Sequence record: DRR723986_15184 | Length of the DNA: 32,231 nt | Direction: 5' to 3' (one strand) | In this document: positions 1-9,299 of the stretch, piece by piece | How positions within the stretch are numbered: the first letter of the stretch is position 1 | Layout of the letters: every line of letters begins with the position of its first letter | Position numbers and translations under genes: made by a program | The notes under the pieces: model-generated | Seen by the model: the letters and a program-made list of their open reading frames with translations, nothing else | What the model was told of the DNA's origin: nothing | Databases searched by the model: none

Positions 1-2
1 AA

Positions 3-241
3 AGGCACAGCAGAATAACTCATCAGCTATTTTTTCTACCCATAGCTTGCCCCTAATGGGGCAAATGGAAAATTGAAATAATTTTAATTCTTGACAAATA
101 AGTCTTTAATCTAGTCAACTCGAACCTGAATATATTTTGAATGCAATTCCCTCATCTCTTCCATATCGATAGTCCCTTTAGGGACATATTATGGGTAATA
201 TGATGAATAACCGTGAATCCTGCCGTGCCTAAATGTTCGGC
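3..241. repeat. Inverted pair of composite REP-like palindromic units
   Basis: 3-64 (AGGCACAGCAGAAT-N20-TACCCATAGCTTGCCCCTAATGGGGC) matches the reverse complement of 172-230 (AGGCACGGCAGGAT-N19-TACCCATAATATGTCCCTAAAGGGAC). Hairpins at 47-64 and 172-185. Confidence 0.7.
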
Positions 242-260
242 GATAAACCAACCAATATCC

Positions 261-707
261 ATGTCCCCAGAAATCCTCCTCCGCTACCTTCATTTTATCA
301 GCATTTTTGCAATTGTCGGCTCATTGGTTTCGGAGCATCTTTTACTTAAGAAGGAACTGACACGAAAGGAAATCAAAAGAATCGCTACCATCGATGGAGT
401 TTATGGAATGGGTGCATTGATCCTTTTGGCTGTTGGACTTACGATTTGGATGGGTGGTTATGGAAAACCTACCGAGTTTTATTCTTACAATTTCATCTTC
501 CACATCAAAATAACCCTGTTCGCTTTTATTGGGATTTTGTCGATTTATCCGACGGTGTTTTTCATCAAAAATGGAAAAGGTGACCAAGATGAATTTGTCC
601 AAATCCCAAAAACAATTTTTATGCTCCTCAGGTTAGAACTTCTGCTATTATTTATCATTCCTTTATTAGCTGGCTTAATGGCTAAAGGAGTTGGATACTT
701 TGGCTAA
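261..707 (+). CDS. DUF2214 family membrane protein
   Basis: Four hydrophobic segments; LRYLHF, DGVYG, HIKITLF, SIYPT and LMAKGVG motifs. Start moved to ATG 261 because the 213 extension runs through the repeat. Confidence 0.8.
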   Translation: MSPEILLRYLHFISIFAIVGSLVSEHLLLKKELTRKEIKRIATIDGVYGMGALILLAVGLTIWMGGYGKPTEFYSYNFIFHIKITLFAFIGILSIYPTVFFIKNGKGDQDEFVQIPKTIFMLLRLELLLLFIIPLLAGLMAKGVGYFG

Positions 708-776
708 TGTTCCTGAATCTACTATTACCCTAGCTTTTCTTTATTTTATTTGACAACAAGCCTATCTTAAAAGACT

Positions 777-1511
777 ATGAAATATCTAACCATATTCCTT
801 CTATTCATCTCCTTTGGTGCTTTTTCGCAAGACATGATTCCTGCCAAAAAAGGAGATGTTACCATCAATCCAATCACACACGGCACATTAGTATTAGAGC
901 ATGATAACCAAGTAATTTATGTAGATCCGTATGGTGGTGCGGCTGCTTTCGAAGGGCAGAAGAAACCAACTTTGGTGCTGATCACGGACATTCATGGGGA
1001 TCATCTCAATCAGGAAACACTTGATGGACTAGACCTTTCTGGCGCGACCATCATTGCACCACAAGCTGTAGCAGACAAGCTTACTGCAGGCACGGGAAAA
1101 GAAGTGATCGTTTTGGGGAACAATCAATCCAAAGCTGTCAATGGAATTAAGGTCGAGGCATTACCAATGTATAATTTGCCGGAAAGCACTGAAGCTCCAC
1201 ATACGAAAGGCCGTGGAAACGGATACATTGTTCATCTTGGCGGAAAACAATTTTACATTTCTGGGGACACAGAAGACATTCCGGAAATGAGAGCGCTAAA
1301 AAATATTGATGTAGCCTTTGTGTGCATGAATTTGCCTTATACTATGGATGTTAATCAGGCTGCAAGCGCAGTTTCTGAATTCAAACCTACAATTGTTTAC
1401 CCATATCACTACAGAGGAACAAATGGATTAAGCGACGTGGAAAAATTCAAAAGCATGGTTAACGATGCCGCTCCAGGTGTAGATGTTCGATTGAGGAATT
1501 GGTACAATTAA
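777..1511 (+). CDS. Secreted MBL-fold metallo-hydrolase
   Basis: Signal peptide; VDPY, TDIHGDH (variant HxHxDH), SGDT and PYHY motifs. Confidence 0.9.
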   Translation: MKYLTIFLLFISFGAFSQDMIPAKKGDVTINPITHGTLVLEHDNQVIYVDPYGGAAAFEGQKKPTLVLITDIHGDHLNQETLDGLDLSGATIIAPQAVADKLTAGTGKEVIVLGNNQSKAVNGIKVEALPMYNLPESTEAPHTKGRGNGYIVHLGGKQFYISGDTEDIPEMRALKNIDVAFVCMNLPYTMDVNQAASAVSEFKPTIVYPYHYRGTNGLSDVEKFKSMVNDAAPGVDVRLRNWYN

Positions 1512-1527
1512 GATAATAGCACAGCAC

Positions 1528-1566
1528 AAAAAAAGGTCACTTCCTTATTTGAAGTGACCTTTTTTT
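1528..1566. terminator. Bidirectional intrinsic terminator
   Basis: A-run, GGTCACTTC-N7-GAAGTGACC, T-run, between convergent genes. Confidence 0.9.
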
Positions 1567-2665
1567 AGTGTAATGCTTCTTCCATATCTTCCAGCAAGTC
1601 ATATAAATGCTCTAACCCTACTGACACTCGGATTAAATTTTGAGGAGTCAATGTATCGGGTCCTTCGGAAGCAGCTCTTCGCTCAATCAAACTTTCAACC
1701 CCTCCAAGACTGGTAGCGTTTGTAAAATACTTAAGCTTGGAAATCACCTGATCTGCATCTTCTGCATTGCCTTTTACCTGAAAAGACAGAATTCCACCAA
1801 AACCTGTCATCTGGTTGGCTGCTATTAAATGACCTGGGTGCGTTTTCAATCCTGGGTAATAAACCTTTTCAACTTTCTCATGTGTGGACAGAAAATTCGC
1901 CAACACGATAGCGTGTTCAGCATGTCCTTTCATCCGATAAGGCAAGGTCTTAATGCTTCTGCATAAGTAATAGCAATCCATTGGCGATGGCACTGCTCCT
2001 CCCCCGATCTGCACATTTTTAACTTTCTCCCAAAACTCATCCATTTCTTTAGTGATCAAAGCACCCCCTAGAATATCTGAATGCCCTCCAAAATATTTGG
2101 TACTGGAATGCATCACGATATCAGCTCCAAAATCAATTGGGTTTTGAAAAACAGGGGTAGCAAAGGTGTTGTCGCAAGCCAAAATCGCTCCTTTTTCCTT
2201 AGCCAAAATTGCAACTGCAGCTATATCTGTAATCTTCAACAAGGGATTGGAAGGTGTTTCTAACCAAACCAACTTTGTGTTTTCCTTGAAAGCTTGCTCG
2301 ACTTTCACCAAATCCGTCATATCCACGAAAGTGGCCTCTAAAACTCCCTTGAAAATAGAGAGTAAGGCATTTTTCAACCCATGATACATATCATCAGGAG
2401 CGATAACATGCGAACCTGGCTCTAAGGCTTGGAGCACCGCAACTCCCGCCGCATTGCCTGAAGAGAAAGCTGCAGCATCTGCACCTTTTTCCAGACCTGC
2501 CAAGAGCTTTTCTAAAGCATGGCGATTTGGATTATTTGCCCTTGCATAGATCATAGATTCAGGTTGGTGCACGAATGTGGTGCTCAGCGTAATAGGCTGT
2601 ATAACCGGTTTTTCAGAATCCGTGACAATATTTCCTCCGTGTATAGCGAGTGTTTCGAGTTTCAT
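1565..2665 (-). CDS. PLP-dependent trans-sulfuration enzyme (cystathionine gamma-synthase/lyase family)
   Basis: YARxxNP, WLETPSNP, DNTFATP, HSSTKYFGGHSD (PLP lysine) and SLGGVESL motifs. Confidence 0.92.
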   Translation of the reverse strand: MKLETLAIHGGNIVTDSEKPVIQPITLSTTFVHQPESMIYARANNPNRHALEKLLAGLEKGADAAAFSSGNAAGVAVLQALEPGSHVIAPDDMYHGLKNALLSIFKGVLEATFVDMTDLVKVEQAFKENTKLVWLETPSNPLLKITDIAAVAILAKEKGAILACDNTFATPVFQNPIDFGADIVMHSSTKYFGGHSDILGGALITKEMDEFWEKVKNVQIGGGAVPSPMDCYYLCRSIKTLPYRMKGHAEHAIVLANFLSTHEKVEKVYYPGLKTHPGHLIAANQMTGFGGILSFQVKGNAEDADQVISKLKYFTNATSLGGVESLIERRAASEGPDTLTPQNLIRVSVGLEHLYDLLEDMEEALH

Positions 2666-2779
2666 AGAATGATTGTTAATACTTGCAAAAGGCAGAGTTT
2701 GAAATTACCATAATTTCCTTGAGTGAGAAAAGAATTTGTAAAATGCCATAAGTCAGAAAAAAAACTTTGAGTTCCATTC

Positions 2780-2806
2780 CAACCTTTTGCCTTTCAGGTA
2801 ACTCTT
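2780..2806 (+). promoter_or_regulatory. Candidate ECF-type (autoregulatory) promoter
   Basis: CAACC-N16-ACTCTT ending 19 nt before the ECF sigma ATG. An AAC -35 core followed by a T-run is typical of ECF promoters. Confidence 0.45.
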
Positions 2807-2825
2807 TTAAGTATAAGCCAAATCT

Positions 2826-3356
2826 ATGAATCTTCAAAAGCTAGACACAAACCTGATCAAAAACGTCCTCAAAGGCGAAAGGTCTGCGCAGTTTCAGCTC
2901 TTTGAATTGACCAAGGGAATGCTATACTCGGCTTGCTATAGAATAGTCAACGATGAGGACGAGGCAAACGATGTTTTGCAGGATGCTTATGTGGAGATTT
3001 TCCAGAAAATCCATTCGCTGAAGCATCCGGAGGCATTGCTTTCCTGGATGAAAACGATCACGATTCGCAAGGCGATTTTGCAGAGCAGAAAGAAAATTCA
3101 TTTTGAACCAATTGAAGATTTAGAAATGGATTCAAGTGATGATTTCGATTCCTGGTTTGATGCTGAGATGCTCGACCAAGCTATAGAAAGTTTACCAACT
3201 GGTGCGAAAGCCGTATTTCTTCTTTTGGCAGTAGAAGGGTATTCACATAGAGAAGCTTCTTCAATGCTGGGAATATCAGAAAACACTTCAAAATCTCAGT
3301 TGAACTACGCGAAAACGCTTCTGAAAAGGCGCATCACTAAACTACTACAGGCATGA
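2826..3356 (+). CDS. ECF RNA polymerase sigma-70 factor
   Basis: Region 2 (DVLQDAYVEIF, SWMKTI) and region 4 (LPTGAKAVFLL, EGYSHREAS.MLGISENTSKSQL). Confidence 0.95.
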   Translation: MNLQKLDTNLIKNVLKGERSAQFQLFELTKGMLYSACYRIVNDEDEANDVLQDAYVEIFQKIHSLKHPEALLSWMKTITIRKAILQSRKKIHFEPIEDLEMDSSDDFDSWFDAEMLDQAIESLPTGAKAVFLLLAVEGYSHREASSMLGISENTSKSQLNYAKTLLKRRITKLLQA

Positions 3357-4039
3357 AAGAATATAGTCCAAAACCTGACTTGTGGAGTAAAATTCAACAG
3401 CGGAAAGACTTTGATTCGCAGGTGAAGGAGCACATTCCAAACCTTCCTGTGAAAATGCCTAAACCGGATCTTTGGGAGGCAATTGAAAAAGAACTTGATC
3501 AAAAAACTCCAATAATTCCACTTTGGAAATATGGAATGGCAGCTGCGGCGATTGCATTAATCTTGGCCTTTTCTGGAATAGCCTATTTTGAATTGGGAGA
3601 AAAAGAGGTGAAAACTCCTTTGATCACTGAAGTCAATTTGCCTACAATTGAAATCGAAACTACTGATACAAACCCGGAAGCCGAAACAGAATCTGAAAAC
3701 TTGAAACCAGAGGTGAGCAAACCGGAAACACCACTACTATCAAAACCTAGACAGAGTTCAATTCAAAGGGAAACGATTACTCCGATTGAGACTCCAGAGC
3801 TAAACTTAGCAGACTTGAGTATTGAAAACACATTTGTAACGGAGCTGATTATTCCTCCAGTGGCTGAAGTTGAAGCTCCACAAACACTTCATAAAGTTCG
3901 AATTTCTTGGGGTATGCAAGAAAAAATCAAACTCCAGACAAAGTTTGGATCCAGTTCTCCTGAGGATATTTCCAACCAGCAATTAGGACTTGCGAATCAA
4001 CCTAAAAACTCGATTAAGATTAATTTCCACAAACAGTAA
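3353..4039 (+). CDS. Putative membrane-anchored anti-sigma factor
   Basis: ATGA overlap with the sigma gene; duplicated PKPDLWxxI motif, one TM helix, long Pro/Glu/Thr-rich linker. Confidence 0.6.
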   Translation: MKEYSPKPDLWSKIQQRKDFDSQVKEHIPNLPVKMPKPDLWEAIEKELDQKTPIIPLWKYGMAAAAIALILAFSGIAYFELGEKEVKTPLITEVNLPTIEIETTDTNPEAETESENLKPEVSKPETPLLSKPRQSSIQRETITPIETPELNLADLSIENTFVTELIIPPVAEVEAPQTLHKVRISWGMQEKIKLQTKFGSSSPEDISNQQLGLANQPKNSIKINFHKQ

Positions 4040-4067
4040 TCATTTAAAAATTTCTAAAATTAAAATC

Positions 4068-4826
4068 ATGAAACGACTACTACTAGTTCCTTTCCTGGCA
4101 TTGCTATGTGCTTTTCAAACTTATGGCCAGGAAGTTGAAAACGGTCTCTCTAAGAATCTACAGGAATGGCTAGATCGGGATTGGCCTATCACAGACACCT
4201 TGGTTTTTGACTTTCCAAATGAAAGCGCCTTGGTACTATATTTCAACAAAACCGAACACACTGCTGAAGAGCTAACCGAAGAATTTGAACCTTTGCTTCG
4301 CAAAGCGACCGACTATCCTGAATTTACTACGCTCTATTACAGAATAGGAGAAAACTTTCAGCCTACTGCTTTGAAGAATGTGAAATATCAAATTGAGAAA
4401 AAATACGTGCCTTATGTGGATAGTCTGGAGATGACTTTTCCTGTAGGGTTAGATTTCACAGGTGGTGACTTCACTCCAGTTGTAGGGTTCAGAGCTCATT
4501 TGAATTGGAGAAATTTTTCCCTCGGTGGCTCCATTACAAACACTATTTATTTTCCCGAACGAATCGAAAACAATGTAAAAGTCAACAGCAATTGGTTTGC
4601 AAATGCTGAACTTGCTTGGGAATTTGGAAACACAGAAAAACAAAGAAGAAACACATTCGGCGTAGGTTATTTGATCAATGAAAACAAAAGCCAGCTTTTC
4701 ACTGGAACTACCATGCAGGCTTACTACAACAGAAAATTAAGCAAATATATCTCCATCCAAGCCGGAGTCATTGCCACAGAGAATTTCAAAACCTTCTATC
4801 CTACTGTGGGAATCAGATTCTGGTAA
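4068..4826 (+). CDS. Hypothetical exported protein with C-terminal outer-membrane beta-barrel
   Basis: Signal peptide from ATG 4068; alternating beta-strand pattern; C-terminus VGIRFW resembles a BAM signal. Confidence 0.65.
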   Translation: MKRLLLVPFLALLCAFQTYGQEVENGLSKNLQEWLDRDWPITDTLVFDFPNESALVLYFNKTEHTAEELTEEFEPLLRKATDYPEFTTLYYRIGENFQPTALKNVKYQIEKKYVPYVDSLEMTFPVGLDFTGGDFTPVVGFRAHLNWRNFSLGGSITNTIYFPERIENNVKVNSNWFANAELAWEFGNTEKQRRNTFGVGYLINENKSQLFTGTTMQAYYNRKLSKYISIQAGVIATENFKTFYPTVGIRFW

Positions 4827-4836
4827 AAAACTTAAA

Positions 4837-4858
4837 ACCTGCTTTTGGAGAAGCAGGT
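4837..4858. repeat. Short palindrome related to 11034-11054
   Basis: ACCTGCTT-TTGGAG-AAGCAGGT; its reverse complement resembles CCTGCTTTCTCCAGAAGCAGG. Confidence 0.5.
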
Positions 4859-4866
4859 CATCAAAT

Positions 4867-4897
4867 CAAAAGAGCCAGCGATTTGCTGGCTCTTTTG
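4867..4897. terminator. Intrinsic terminator, probably bidirectional
   Basis: CAAAAGAGCCAGC-GATTT-GCTGGCTCTTTTG between convergent genes. Confidence 0.85.
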
Positions 4898-4967
4898 GTT
4901 AAAATAGGAATAAGATTCCTTTTCTCGCAAAAATCTTATGTCTTGATTCATGAATCTAACGTCTCTT

Positions 4968-5444
4968 TTATCTGATTCTATCCACAGATTTTAGCAAAGC
5001 AACGTCTTTTCGAATAAATCGATTGGCAAGCATATTACATACCATCGCTGCTAGGATTGCCCAAAAACCAATTTGATATGAACCATTGTCCGCCTCTCCG
5101 ATTTCCTTATTTATACCATTGGTAGTCAAGAAAACAATCGCCACCAAACCAACCATAAACAGGGAATTAACCATATTGATCATCATCTGCCTGCCGTGAT
5201 TTCTGTATTGAAAGATCGAAATAATAGCCATAAGCCCAACAAATGAAGCCAATGCTGCTATATACCAATTGGAAGAGGACTGGACTATTTCTCCCGAAGA
5301 GCTATTTTGGTTCATAAACAAAGCGTTGAGCTTCCATATTTCACCTGAATCAGCTACTTGCTGTACCCAAAGGTCTAAGCCCAAAGTCAATCCCATGGCC
5401 ACAGCCACTAGGAAAAGGAATATTGATTGTACGCGCTGGATCAT
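4968..5444 (-). CDS. DUF4293 family membrane protein
   Basis: MIQRVQS N-terminus, SIFQYRN and IRKDxALLKSVDRIR C-terminus; four TM segments. Confidence 0.88.
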   Translation of the reverse strand: MIQRVQSIFLFLVAVAMGLTLGLDLWVQQVADSGEIWKLNALFMNQNSSSGEIVQSSSNWYIAALASFVGLMAIISIFQYRNHGRQMMINMVNSLFMVGLVAIVFLTTNGINKEIGEADNGSYQIGFWAILAAMVCNMLANRFIRKDVALLKSVDRIR

Positions 5445-5530
5445 TTTTTCTATTTTTTTGGCAAAGAAAAGGCCTTATGACTTCATTAACAAGGAAAGCA
5501 GGTTTCTCGCGCTGATTTGATTGGGAATAG

Positions 5531-5538
5531 TATCTTTG
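5531..5538 (+). promoter_or_regulatory. Bacteroidota -7 promoter element for truA
   Basis: TATCTTTG fits TAnnTTTG; 7 nt before the ATG. Confidence 0.65.
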
Positions 5539-5545
5539 CAGCCGT

Positions 5546-6304
5546 ATGAGTGAGAGCAAAAGATATTTTCTGGACATCAGCTACAAAGGCACGCGCTATC
5601 ATGGTTGGCAAATCCAAGAAAATGCATTTACGGTTCAAGAAGCATTGGAGACAGGGCTTTCTACTTATTTCAGAGAAACAGTTTCTGTAATGGGTTCAGG
5701 CCGCACAGATACCGGAGTGCATGCTAGCATGCAGGTTTGCCACTTTGACACGGATCAGGAAATTAATAAAGAAAAATTCATTCGAGCGATTAATGGAATT
5801 TTGCCGAAAGACATTTCAGTCAATTCGATCCGAGCAGTCAAAGCTGATGCACATGCGCGCTTCAGTGCCAAAAGCAGATCTTATGTTTATCGAATGATTT
5901 TACAAAAAAGCCCGTTTGTAGAAGATTACGTCTGGAGGCATTATTTCAATCCAGATATAACCCGAATGAATGAAGCAGCAAAAATTCTCTTACAGCACAA
6001 TGATTTTGAGTGTTTTAGTAAAGTACATACAGCTGTGAAACATTTTCGCTGTGAAATAAAATCGGCACATTGGGAACAAAAAGACGGAGAATTGCAATTT
6101 CATATAACTGCAAACAGATTTTTGCGTGGAATGGTAAGAGCAATTGTAGGAACGCTTGTTGATATTGGACTCGGGAAAATGGAACCTGATGAAATGCATC
6201 AAATCATAGAATCCAAAAATCGAAAAAAGGCAGGAAAGTCAGCACCTGCATGTGGCTTGTTTTTTAGCCGAATTGAATATTCAGAAGATATATATTTAGA
6301 CTAG
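5546..6304 (+). CDS. truA: tRNA pseudouridine(38-40) synthase
   Basis: YxGxxYHGWQ, SGRTDTGVHA, HARFSAxSRxY and ANRFLRGMVR motifs. Confidence 0.97.
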   Translation: MSESKRYFLDISYKGTRYHGWQIQENAFTVQEALETGLSTYFRETVSVMGSGRTDTGVHASMQVCHFDTDQEINKEKFIRAINGILPKDISVNSIRAVKADAHARFSAKSRSYVYRMILQKSPFVEDYVWRHYFNPDITRMNEAAKILLQHNDFECFSKVHTAVKHFRCEIKSAHWEQKDGELQFHITANRFLRGMVRAIVGTLVDIGLGKMEPDEMHQIIESKNRKKAGKSAPACGLFFSRIEYSEDIYLD

Positions 6305-6310
6305 TTTACC

Positions 6311-8083
6311 TTGAGCTTAGAACAAGAAAAATCATCCTCCGGCGAAATCGTCGATTCGAAAGTACTCAAGCAGCTATATGGCTTTGTAAAACCTTACAAG
6401 GCACAGTTCTATTTTCTAATCTTTCTTACCATCGCCCTTGCTATTTTAGCACCAACTCGGCCATATTTCATTCAGGTCGCAATTGACGATTATGTAGCGG
6501 TAGGAGATGCTGCTGGCCTCCTAAAAATCATCTATCTGCTCGTAGGACTGATGATTTTGCAAGCATTTGTTCAATGGGCACACACCTATTATTCAGGCTG
6601 GATAGGCCAAGTGATTATTCGGGACATTAGGGTAAAACTATACAAACACCTGCTCAAGCTCCGTTTAAAATTCTTTGACAATACTCCAATCGGTAGATTG
6701 GTGACCCGTAATATTTCTGATATCGAGACCCTCGCAGATGTGTTTTCTGAGGGATTGGCGGCAATAATCGGCGACTTGCTTCAATTAGTCACTATTCTTG
6801 GAGTCATGTTTTACATTGACTGGAAATTGACATTGGTTAGTTTATCTACCTTGCCACTGATGATTATTTCTACTTATGTATTTAAGGAAAAAATCAAAGT
6901 TACCTTTAATGACGTACGAAATGCCGTTTCCAATTTGAACTCATTTCTGCAGGAGCACATCACCGGAATGAACATCGTACAAATCTTCAATCGAGAGGAG
7001 CGGGAATTTGAGAAATTCAAAGAAATAAATAAAGAGCATCGGAGAGCACACATTCGCTCAGTGCTATATTACTCTATATATTTTCCCGTGGCAGAAATCA
7101 TTCAAGCAATCGGAATCGGATTGGTCGTTTGGTACGGTGCAGTCGGTGTCTTGGGAATGGAGATTGAAATAGGTGTGCTGATTTCCTTTATCATGTATTT
7201 GCAACTTTTCTTCCGACCTATTCGGATGATTGCGGATAGATTCAATACGCTTCAAATGGGCGTGGTAAGCTCTTCCCGAATATTCAAATTACTTGAGAGC
7301 GATGAGCACATTGCAAATGAGGGAAATTTCAGCCCCGCCAAGGTCAAAGGAAATATAAAATTAGAAAATGTTTGGTTTGCCTACGTAGATGAGGATTATG
7401 TGCTGAAAGACATCAGTTTTGAAGTAGAATCTGGTCAGACAGTAGCCCTAGTCGGCGCAACTGGCGCTGGTAAATCTTCTATAATCAATTTAATTTCTAG
7501 ATTCTATGAGATTAACAAAGGCGATATCACCATTGACGGACATGATATCCGCGAATTTGAATTAGACACCTTACGCAAGCACATAGGTGTGGTACTTCAG
7601 GATGTTTTCCTTTTTTCGAATACTATATTCTACAATATCACGCTTGGCAATCCGGACATTTCCCGCGAGCAGGTGATGTATGCAGCGGAATTAGCTGGCG
7701 CAAAGAGGTTTATAGAAAGACTTCCAGGCGGATTGGATTACAATGTCATGGAACGAGGAGCAACCCTTTCTGTGGGTCAGCGACAACTCATTTCCTTCGT
7801 TCGGGCTATGGTCTACAATCCTGAAATCATCATTCTGGATGAAGCAACTTCATCTGTAGATACAGAAACAGAGGAATTGATCCAGGAATCTATAGAAACC
7901 ATGATGACGGGTAGGACTTCAATCGTTATTGCCCATAGACTTTCTACCATCCAAAAGGCGGACAAAATTATTGTTCTCCACAAAGGCGAAATTGTCGAGA
8001 CTGGCACACATGATGCTTTATTAGAATTGGGTGGTTACTACACTCAACTGCATCAAATGCAACTCAAAACAATGGCGATCTAG
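6311..8083 (+). CDS. ABC exporter with fused TMD-NBD (MsbA/MdlB-like)
   Basis: N-terminal TM domain; GATGAGKS, LSVGQRQ, ILDEATS and IAHRLST motifs; TTG start. Confidence 0.95.
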   Translation: MSLEQEKSSSGEIVDSKVLKQLYGFVKPYKAQFYFLIFLTIALAILAPTRPYFIQVAIDDYVAVGDAAGLLKIIYLLVGLMILQAFVQWAHTYYSGWIGQVIIRDIRVKLYKHLLKLRLKFFDNTPIGRLVTRNISDIETLADVFSEGLAAIIGDLLQLVTILGVMFYIDWKLTLVSLSTLPLMIISTYVFKEKIKVTFNDVRNAVSNLNSFLQEHITGMNIVQIFNREEREFEKFKEINKEHRRAHIRSVLYYSIYFPVAEIIQAIGIGLVVWYGAVGVLGMEIEIGVLISFIMYLQLFFRPIRMIADRFNTLQMGVVSSSRIFKLLESDEHIANEGNFSPAKVKGNIKLENVWFAYVDEDYVLKDISFEVESGQTVALVGATGAGKSSIINLISRFYEINKGDITIDGHDIREFELDTLRKHIGVVLQDVFLFSNTIFYNITLGNPDISREQVMYAAELAGAKRFIERLPGGLDYNVMERGATLSVGQRQLISFVRAMVYNPEIIILDEATSSVDTETEELIQESIETMMTGRTSIVIAHRLSTIQKADKIIVLHKGEIVETGTHDALLELGGYYTQLHQMQLKTMAI

Positions 8084-8120
8084 CCTGATTTTGAATTCTA
8101 ATCCTAAACCAACATATAAA

Positions 8121-8702
8121 GTGAAATTCAAATTAATTACCCTTTTGGTATTACTGCCATTTATCAGTTTTGCACAGGAAAGAGGAGTAGGCATTCGACT
8201 TGGAGAGCCCCTTTCTATCACCTACAAAGATTTTCTGACAGAATACATTTCTATCGAAGGGATGATTGGTAGTGCCGGTATAAATGGCTCTAGCTATTAT
8301 CAAAAGGACTTTGAAACTAATCTTCCGGAATCTAATGCCTTTTACATCTCTCATAGTGCCAACAAAGGGATCTCTTTTAATGTACGCTCTGCTTATCACG
8401 AGGATATCACGGATGTTTTTGGGATCACTGAAGGATATTTGATGGCATATGGCGGCGCTGGGATTCAATTAAGAACCACCAAAGTGACTTACTCTTATGC
8501 TGATGGCCAAACTTCATCACTCATAAAAAATGACAACAGAACCAATGTCGATTTTGGCCCAGAAGCATTTCTTGGGGCAGAATACTACTTTGATGATGTG
8601 CCCATCTCAGTTTTTGGCGAAGCCGGATTTTTCCTAGAGTTAATTGACCGCATTGGACATATCAAAGGCCAAGGTGGAATTGGTGTTCGTTACCTTTTCT
8701 AA
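8121..8702 (+). CDS. Small outer-membrane beta-barrel protein
   Basis: Likely GTG start at 8121; signal peptide ending SFA/Q; GIRLG, GAEYYF and GGIGVRYLF terminus. Confidence 0.7.
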   Translation: MKFKLITLLVLLPFISFAQERGVGIRLGEPLSITYKDFLTEYISIEGMIGSAGINGSSYYQKDFETNLPESNAFYISHSANKGISFNVRSAYHEDITDVFGITEGYLMAYGGAGIQLRTTKVTYSYADGQTSSLIKNDNRTNVDFGPEAFLGAEYYFDDVPISVFGEAGFFLELIDRIGHIKGQGGIGVRYLF

Positions 8703-8704
8703 AC

Positions 8705-9220
8705 ATGAAAAAGTTCTTGGTTCTAGGTGTAGCGCTGATTTCTACCCTCACTATTTTAGGGTTTTGGGGTTTTAGCAAATTGGGTGGCAATACCCCAATA
8801 GAAATAACTTTTATTGAGGAAAAACCACAAAACCTAGCTGGAATTACTTATCGTGGAGTACCTGGTAACGAGGAGTTAGGAGAGATTTTCAAGTATATGG
8901 AATCCCAAAAAGGGCTACATCCTGGGAGTCACCTTCATACAATCTATGAGGTAGAACCTGCAGGCAAATTAGATACGATGGTAGTTTTTGTAGGTATCAA
9001 TCAAATCCTGCCCCTCACTGACATGGAATATCGAGCTTTCGAAAACAGTAGCTATCTATTAGCCACCATCAAAAGTAATAAGTGGGTAATGCCTGACCCT
9101 GATGCGGTGAAAGAAAAGCTGTCAGAATTTGCCAAAGAAAATAGTCTGGAGCTTAGCGGTATATATATCGACAAAATTATCTCTGAAGAAGAAGTACAAG
9201 TGATCGCGCCTATTAAGTAA
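8705..9220 (+). CDS. Membrane-anchored protein, possibly GyrI-like domain
   Basis: N-terminal hydrophobic anchor; LAGITYRG and final VIAPIK strand resemble GyrI-like proteins. Confidence 0.5.
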   Translation: MKKFLVLGVALISTLTILGFWGFSKLGGNTPIEITFIEEKPQNLAGITYRGVPGNEELGEIFKYMESQKGLHPGSHLHTIYEVEPAGKLDTMVVFVGINQILPLTDMEYRAFENSSYLLATIKSNKWVMPDPDAVKEKLSEFAKENSLELSGIYIDKIISEEEVQVIAPIK

Positions 9221-9252
9221 AAAGTTGTTAAGGTTTTTAACCAACCATTTAA

Positions 9253-9268
9253 TGGCACAATTCGTGAA
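9253..9268 (+). promoter_or_regulatory. Sigma54-like -24/-12 element
   Basis: TGGCAC-AATTC-GTGAA; same spacing as the dnaK element. Confidence 0.4.
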
Positions 9269-9299
9269 AGAATCTAACTAACCTTAACAAACTACGACT

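Noticed and set aside
213..260. N-terminal extension of the DUF2214 ORF
   Set aside because: It runs through the repeat element; the family-like sequence begins at ATG 261.
2666..2780. SAM riboswitch or leader upstream of the trans-sulfuration gene
   Set aside because: No recognisable SAM-I/II conserved elements or stems.
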